DNA of 55,179 nt, counting the filler, from Trypethelium eluteriae (Eukaryota): NCBI GenBank assembly GCA_051942245.1. It is 2 parts of 2 records of this genome, joined end to end, with 100 filler letters (N's around TTAATTAATTAA, not from the genome) between each part and the next. Parts side by side here need not be neighbours in the genome. Positions count along the whole stretch, not along the records: positions 27,645 to 55,179 come from JAVECL010000331.1; 1 more part is not named here. One strand, given 5' to 3'. A program made the translations under genes and the position numbers. Below are positions 48,292 through 55,179 of this stretch, in pieces. The notes under the pieces were generated by a model. It was given only the letters and a program-made list of their open reading frames with translations, had not been told where the DNA came from and ran no database searches. How positions within the stretch are numbered: the first letter of the stretch is position 1; the number at the start of each line of letters is the position of its first letter.

Positions 48292-51200
48292 ATGTTTTCC
48301 CTGTCACTCATTTGCAAAATCGTGGCGTCAGCGCTCTCTCTTGCTCAATTCGTCTCGGCACAATCTTTTAGTTCCACAATGTCTTCTATCACATCATCTC
48401 CGTCAAATAGCGTCACACTCTTCAACAGCAATAATGCTGCTAATACATTTTCCAGTAATGCTACAACTTCCGGTATGAGCACTCGTTCTTAAGTACTTCT
48501 TCTGTTTTCACAACCAGCCCCACAGCCAGCATAGCAACTGGCAACATTTTTAGCAGCATACCAAGCAGCATACCGAGTAGTATCCCAGGCAGTACTTCTA
48601 GCGGCATACCAAGTATCACTGCAGTTACAGTCCTCGAAGATCTTACTTTGAGCAATGCTTCGACCTCACACGTCGCCTTGGAAACAGCATTGCTTAAGTC
48701 GGCCAATGGCCCAATAACACTTGTTTCATCGGCCAGTGAGATGGCTACTTTGAACGGCTTCTCTGCCAAGCAGTCCAACTTTACGATTTCCAAATGGCTC
48801 TCCAGGGACGACAAATCTACTCACATGGATGGCTTACAGGTCTAAGCTCGTCTAGCGCATATATAAGCTCATCCAATACTACGTTCACGGCATCTTTATC
48901 AAGCGATCTGTTTGAGGGCACTTGTATCGTTTCTCCGGGTATCTCTTCAGAAACATTAGCTGTACAACAAGCGATTGGGTTCTATCGATTATCGGCTTCG
49001 GCTGTCACACCGTTTACTAGTGCGAGCATTCTGCCAGACAGGAGTATGCTGTGGAATGGCTCAGTTGTTATGCTGGACTCTACTGGTTCTCTTGAAGCTA
49101 GTCTGGCATCGACACTCGCTCCGCTCACAAACTGCGGTACGCTGTTGGTCAGTAGCAATGTCGAACAATTCGCCGCTGAACAGCCAAGCTTCGAGCAGCA
49201 ATATGCTGGCCAATGGGTGCACGCCATCAAGCGGCCCCGTACCAACCTCGAGGCCAGCTAATTAAATCGACTCACGCTGGGACCAACAAATATGCCCGCG
49301 GCCGCCAATTCTCAGATAGTGTCATTCCAAGACCGGAATAATCAACCTCTGATGATGCTTCATCGACTCAAGCGCCCTCGAAAGCTATGGTCTCTAGTAG
49401 GAGCTTGTTTATAGGGCTCTCTTCTTCGTCCTAGGACTCGTTCCCCGCGCTGGATTTATAGCTCTCACCTGCAATCACTACCTGAACAAGTATTTCTTCA
49501 GTCTGGGGGGTCTCCAGTTCTTCGGCTGTTATAAAAGCGCCACGCATGTTAACCCCGCTATCGGTGACGTTTACGATTACTGCTTGCCTTGCTGCGGTGA
49601 TTAAACTGCTACACGATTTTCCTCTTGGCCGAAGTCGGAAAAATACTAGGTCGACGGATGATGGCTGCTTTATGCTGCCTACTTCTTCCTCTATGCTCAG
49701 TGCTTTTATCACTTTATTTAGGCTATATTTACGGCCTTGCTTTTTTAGCTTGCGCAGACACAACGTCATCTTTAGATCAGATATAACCATGTCCCTCCCC
49801 AGGTCACTTTCGATCCTTCGTGAAGTCTTGCTTTTTATATCCTAAATTTTCTAACTTTGGGTCTCATCCAGTATCGAGCATATCGCAGGCGACAAGTACT
49901 TTGCTATTCCCCACAACGCCCAGCCCCGCACCGACCTCGACGTCGACACAGCTTTGTCCAGCATATAACGGAACAGTCTATACAGATACATCAGGCGCTT
50001 CTTACGAGATACTCTGCAACACGGATAGTTCAGGCACGGGCGTCGGCATTGTTACGAGCCAGCCAAGTTTACAAGCATGTATCAATTACTGCAGTACTAC
50101 GACGAGCTGCGTAGCAGTGTCTTGGATTTATCAGGGTGGTGGCGCATGCTACGAAAAGAGCAACGAAGGTCCTCTGTCGAGCAGCACTTCTACCCACTTT
50201 GCAGTGCTTCTTTCAATTTACAACGGGATACCTTCCTCATCTAGTACCTCAAGCAGTTCGACGGCAACGGTTTCGACGCCAACAGCCGCAAAGTCAAGTG
50301 AATTATCTCCCTCGCCATCTGTGACTTCCATCAGCTCAGCTCCGGCCGCGAATAGCCCCACGAACTCGACTTCTCCATTTTCTAGCTTAACGGCTGTGCC
50401 TTTCCCTGGAGCCAGCATTATTGGCGGTTCAGCTTCTTCAGCAACCTGTCCAGCTGCTAATGGTAGTGTTTATAGTGTTAACGGAGAGGACTTCAAAATC
50501 TTCTGCGATGATGACAATCCCTCTGGACAAGGTATTGGAGGTGTCACGACCCAATCAACAGCCGAAGCTTGCTTCAATTATTGCGCTACATATCCCGGCT
50601 GTATTGCCGCTTCATACGTTCGAGCTGGTGGGACTTGCTATCTGAAATCATCGGAAGGAACTATCTCCAGCAACCCTGGTGTTACGTTTGGTATCCTTAC
50701 GAATTATTACTACGACATTACGCCACCTGCGCCATCAGGATTCAGTTCATCAAGCTCTTCTCGCTCAGCTACGAGCTCGACCTCATCAGTTCCAAGTAAT
50801 ATGGTTTCTCCAGTGACTAGTCCCTCAAGCTCTTCAGGACCAGCTATCAGTTCAAGTCCATCGGCGTCAGGCGCTACTACGCCTTCGATATCAAGTAGCA
50901 GTATCACTTCCAGCGTAACGTCTTCGTCCAGCTCTACAACGAATATTTCTGGAACTTCGCTCGTCACTTCTTCCACAACTGTGTCGACAAGCTCAAATAT
51001 TAGTGTCTCTGGTCCGTGGGTGACGCCCAACTCAGCCTCATCTTCGAATTCAAGTATCATTGGTTCTAGCTCTAGCAGTGTGACAACATCTGCGCCAACT
51101 TCCTCTACTTTTGGTTCTGGGGGCAACATTTCCAGCACTTCTAGTACTACTTTGAGTGGAAGCCAAGCAGTAGCCTCTACAAACACATCGGCTGCGGCAA

Positions 51201-52447
51201 GTATTCCCACCTTAAGTGCGTCTAGTGTTCCGTCATCTTCAAGTCCTACTCTGATTCCGTCAAATTCCACTGCTGGAAACTCTCCGAGCACACCAACAGG
51301 TGCTTCAAGTGTCCCACAAACCAGTCTTCCCAACAGCTTCTCAGCAGGAGGATCAAGTAGTGTACTATCACCACCTTACAGCAGTGCATCCGGAGCCCCT
51401 TTCAGCAATGTCTCAACAGCTCCTTTAGGCAGTGCGCCAGGCGTACCGACGTGGGCCAATACAGCCAATTCAAGCATTTCCGCATCAAGCGCAACCTCAA
51501 GCTTTCTCCCGAATAGTGTGATTTCTAGTACTGGGCCAGGTGTAGCAAGTTTCACGCCAAATACTCCTGTTATTAGTGGGTCGACTTCAGGTGCCTTCTC
51601 GTTCACCGGTCCTGTGAGCTCGTCGCCCCCTGCATCAAGTCCTACCTTGACCTACGTTCAGTCTTCTGGAGCGCCGAGCTCATCCGGATCCAGTGAATCT
51701 ATCCCCAGCTTGACATCGTCATCAGCAGTGTTGTTGAGTAGCCCCTCAAATACAGCAACCTCGTCATCTGCAAGTACAGGATTGCCACAGACATCGGTCT
51801 CGTACAGCCCTTCGGCCTCGGCATCTCCAGTAACATTAAGTTCCGGATCAACGACAACACCAGCGACTCCACTATCTCAACCTCCAGCTATCAGCCAAAC
51901 AACTGTTTCAGTCTCTCCCCTTCCCATTACAACAACGACGAAACCAAATATCACGACAATTACTGTTAGTGTTGGTACCTGCACCGCACCTGGACTGGGC
52001 TTGGGGGGAATGCTCCCATCCACCACAATAGTATTTACCACGCAAACTGTCACCTTGTGTCCAGGAGGAGCGACATGCTCGAGTGCAACAGGAGCGTCAG
52101 CAGCGGGCTGGGCAGGTCAGGGAGCGATCCCATTGAGTCTGATATCTCCCGGCTCAGCACCTCCTGGATTATCGCCCACAGGTTCGGGGCCGGTGCGAGC
52201 GACGGGAACAGCGAATACTGGGGTTGAGGATTCGGGCATTGGTGACAGCGGCAACTACGATTCTGGAGATTATGACTCTGGTGACTACGACTCGGGGGAT
52301 TATGATTCGGGCAATTGGGACTCCGGAAACTATGATACTGGGAAGTATGAAGCTGCGAACGGAAATCCAGGAACGGGAAGTGGAAGTGGGAGAGGAAAGG
52401 GCGAGATGACTGGAGGCTTTATTGCGATGAGAGAAGGAGACAAATAG
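48292..52447 (+). CDS. Secreted Ser/Thr-rich mucin-like protein with two PAN/Apple-like domains; 5' structure uncertain (long intron or disrupted gene)
   Basis: Signal-peptide exon MFSLSLICKIVASALSLAQFVSAQ at 48292. The main exon from 49872 has two CPAxNGxVY...C...C...C...C...CYxKS repeats and a very long S/T tract. Confidence 0.6.
52229..52348 (+). repeat. Coding pentapeptide repeat, 8 x 15 bp, consensus DSGDY
   Basis: DSGIG DSGNY DSGDY DSGDY DSGDY DSGNW DSGNY DTGKY. Confidence 0.9.
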
Positions 52448-53113
52448 AAGGATGGAGTGGGTTTGGATTGCAGCATTTGCTGGCGTTCACTTATTTTAGG
52501 TTCCTCTCAGTGTTGAGCTGGGTGTTAAATCGTGGTACTGCGTGGTACTGCGTGATATTCTTGTGAATTACTCCATCGAGTAGTTAATCATTTAGTGCGT
52601 CCTAAATATTCGTCCTTGATTTCGAGCGGTTGAGGTGATGTGGCAGGATGCCTAATGTTCGGTAGCAGCCAGTTGCAATTGGTGAAGATGACAGTGCATC
52701 GAAGTGACAGTGATACGCAGGTGTCACAGAAGTTGAAGGATGAAACAAAGGAAACAGTTGATTGAAAGCAGATGATCTGTGATTAAAGAATAGGTTGGGC
52801 CGGGAGAGTCTCTTTGGACCGCCCCGTGCGACCTCGGCCCACCAATCACATCCCGGCTAAATCCGCCAACGACATCATCCTGCCGCCGCTGACTTCCCCT
52901 TCTCTTCCCCTGCTACCCTGCACCTGCACTACTCTACATATCTCCATTACGTCTTCACACCTCATTTGGACGGTATCATTGAAACGCTCTGCAGTCCTCT
53001 TTTTCCTCCGAAGATGGTGTGGTCGCGCTCCTGCCTTTAAGCCGAACAATCGTGGGCGGCAAACTGCGCCCCAATTTAACTTTGGCCTTGTCGCAGCATC
53101 CTAGTCTGTCAAA

Positions 53114-55179
53114 GTGGCCGAGTAAGTCGTCCTTGTCTCCCCACCGACTCCCACCCACGCGGAAGTCGCACCCATGAGCACCTCTAATCCAGCGCGCAGC
53201 TTCCTCTTTGTCGGTGGTTGGGGCCACGGGGGCTCTGGCTTCAAACGCCCCAACGGTTTCCGCTCCAAGACTTCAAATCAAAATCTCAAAGAAACAGCCT
53301 TGAAATCGAATGTTACCTCTCCGCAGGCGGCAAACATGGCCGCCGTCCAGCACCCAAGAAGTGCTCCAAGCTACTTTCACTCTCGGAATACATCAAGTGG
53401 ACTGAACACCTTGCCAGATCCTCGCTCACCCAGCCCTTCAACGCTTCAACGCAGTGATTCCCACCCAGACCTGAGTAATGAAGTCGCCACGCTTAGTACC
53501 AAACTGATCAACGCCATCAACCACCAAACAAACCTTGACGACTCGTTACAATCCGCCAGAGCCGAACTAGATGCTGCGAGAGAGAACATTGCTCAATTGG
53601 AGGCCGCAAATCGTGAACATACCAAGCAATCCGAGCAAGGTCTTCTAGTCAGCCGCGCCGAGTATGATCGCATGCTCGCGCAGCTCTCCAAGGAGCTCAA
53701 TGTGGAAAGACAGTCAAGAGCAACTGCAGAAAAGGACAAGAAGCGCATCGAAGGCGAGCTAGAAAATCTCACGACTGCATTATTCGAAGAAGCCAATCAG
53801 ATGGTTGCTGCTGCTCGAAAGGACAAGGAGGCCTCTGAGATTCGTAATAAGCAGCTTAGATCACAACTCAATGACACGGAACTCCTCCTCGCTTCACAGC
53901 AAGAACAACTTCAGGATCTCAAAGCAGTCATGGAGAAGATGGAGTCTGAACGCGACGAAAATGAATCGAATCCGCAAATGTCAACAGCCCCCTCGACACC
54001 AGCATTGGACAAGATGAACAGAATGTTCGATTCAAGCATGCCATCGCCATATACTCCAGGTCAGCATGTCAGCCCTGAACACCCTCTGCATTTCGATCAT
54101 CTCATCCAACCCATGCTCCGACATGATGTCCAAGCCTATGACGACTTCCACGTGCTCTTCAAAGCATCAAGCAATGCTCCAAGTCGGACACCAAGTGGCA
54201 ATTATAGTAGTCTGCTTGGGTTAGCGTCATTGAACAATAACAGTTCCACAAGTGTCAATCAGCAGTCAAACAACTCCACATCCAAAACCTTCTCCCGCTC
54301 ACATATGGGTTCAGTCCCATCTGCTGCTTCTCAGTCAGCTTCCCCCAACAATTCAGGGTCATTCGGTAGTGATGCACAACCTCCTCCTCTGAAGGACACC
54401 AAATTCTACAAACGCGTCCTCTCGGAAGATATCGAGCCCACTCTCCGCCTTGACCTCGCACCCTCGCTTTCCTTTTTCAATCGCCGTAGTCTCCTTTCGA
54501 GCATAGCATCCGGCTCATTAGCAATCGAACCCTTCTCCGCACCAACGGTCAATTACGGACCCACTCCCCTGTTCCCTTGCACATTATGTGGCGAGAACAA
54601 GAAGGGTGATAAATACGTACGGCGGTGGAGAATGAAAGCAAGTGATGAGGAGGGTGCGCAAAGATGGGCATTGTGCGAATGGTGTTGTACGAGAGTGAGA
54701 AGCTCAGCTGAACTGGCAGGATTTCTACGCACTCTCCAAAGGGGCATGTGGCGCAGCACGAGCGGTAATCGAAGGGTAAGCACCGACGGCAATGGCAAAG
54801 AAAATTCCAGTGAGGCAGAAAAAGAAAAGGAGGCAGGTAAAGAGGCGTGGGAGGAGTGCGTCAGCATCAGAGAGCGGATGTTCTGGGCCAGAGTTGGCGG
54901 TGGAGTCGTTCCGACTGCTACGAACGGTGAAAAAGGCCTTGGCGTCAGCAAAGTGGTTGACAGTCCCATGGTAGGGCAATCACTCACAGAGTCAGAAAGA
55001 GAAAGTCAGAGCAGAGCAAAGACAAGCACGGAAGAGATACGCTCAACAAAAGCCAACGAGGACTCAGACTCCGTTCCCCCCATAGAAACCCCCGACTCCA
55101 AACGTGAAGATCCCTTCACCGCAGCAGCAGCAACAAAGACAGCAGCCCTTCCACCCACCCCACCATCGCACCACCGCAA
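53114..55179 (+). CDS. SEC2: Rab guanine-nucleotide exchange factor Sec2; runs off the right edge, start uncertain
   Basis: HPDLSNEVATLSTKLINAINHQTNLDDSL, IEGELENLTTALFEEANQMVAAAR (Sec2 coiled coil), KFYKRVLSEDIEPTLRLD and CTLCGE...LCEWCCTRVRS. Candidate intron 53122-53199. Confidence 0.9.

Noticed and set aside
50710..51606. Antisense Glu/Leu/Val-rich ORFs
   Set aside because: They mirror the Ser/Thr codons on the + strand.
48292..55179. Apple-domain gene and SEC2 as members of the terpene cluster
   Set aside because: Neither has a biosynthetic role and SEC2 is housekeeping. They more likely mark the right border of the cluster.

Overview
Eukaryotic, intron-containing DNA from a filamentous ascomycete. 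It is made of two contigs joined by an artificial 100-nt N/TTAATTAATTAA spacer at 27545-27644. The left part is mostly housekeeping genes: a beta-propeller-like protein (partial), TIM50, a GH47 EDEM-like mannosidase, a small and possibly disrupted Zn2Cys6-like gene, a TenA/PET18-like protein, an NCS1 permease, pelota/DOM34, an aldo-keto reductase and an ERD2-like receptor. The main non-coding signal is a complete fungal TPP riboswitch aptamer (15830-15981, minus strand) in a 5' intron of the NCS1 permease. It comes with alternative 5' splice sites, an anti-splice-site pairing and an out-of-frame uORF. The permease sits tail-to-tail with a TenA_E-type gene, suggesting a riboswitch-controlled thiamine-pyrimidine salvage module. 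The right part holds an eight-gene sesquiterpene cluster (28580-47748): an aristolochene-synthase-like cyclase, three P450s, an SDR, a secreted FAD oxidase, an acyltransferase and a Zn2Cys6 regulator, resembling eremophilane/PR-toxin-type pathways. It is followed by an unusual Ser/Thr-rich PAN/Apple-domain gene and a partial SEC2. All gene models and splice sites were read by eye; no database search was run.
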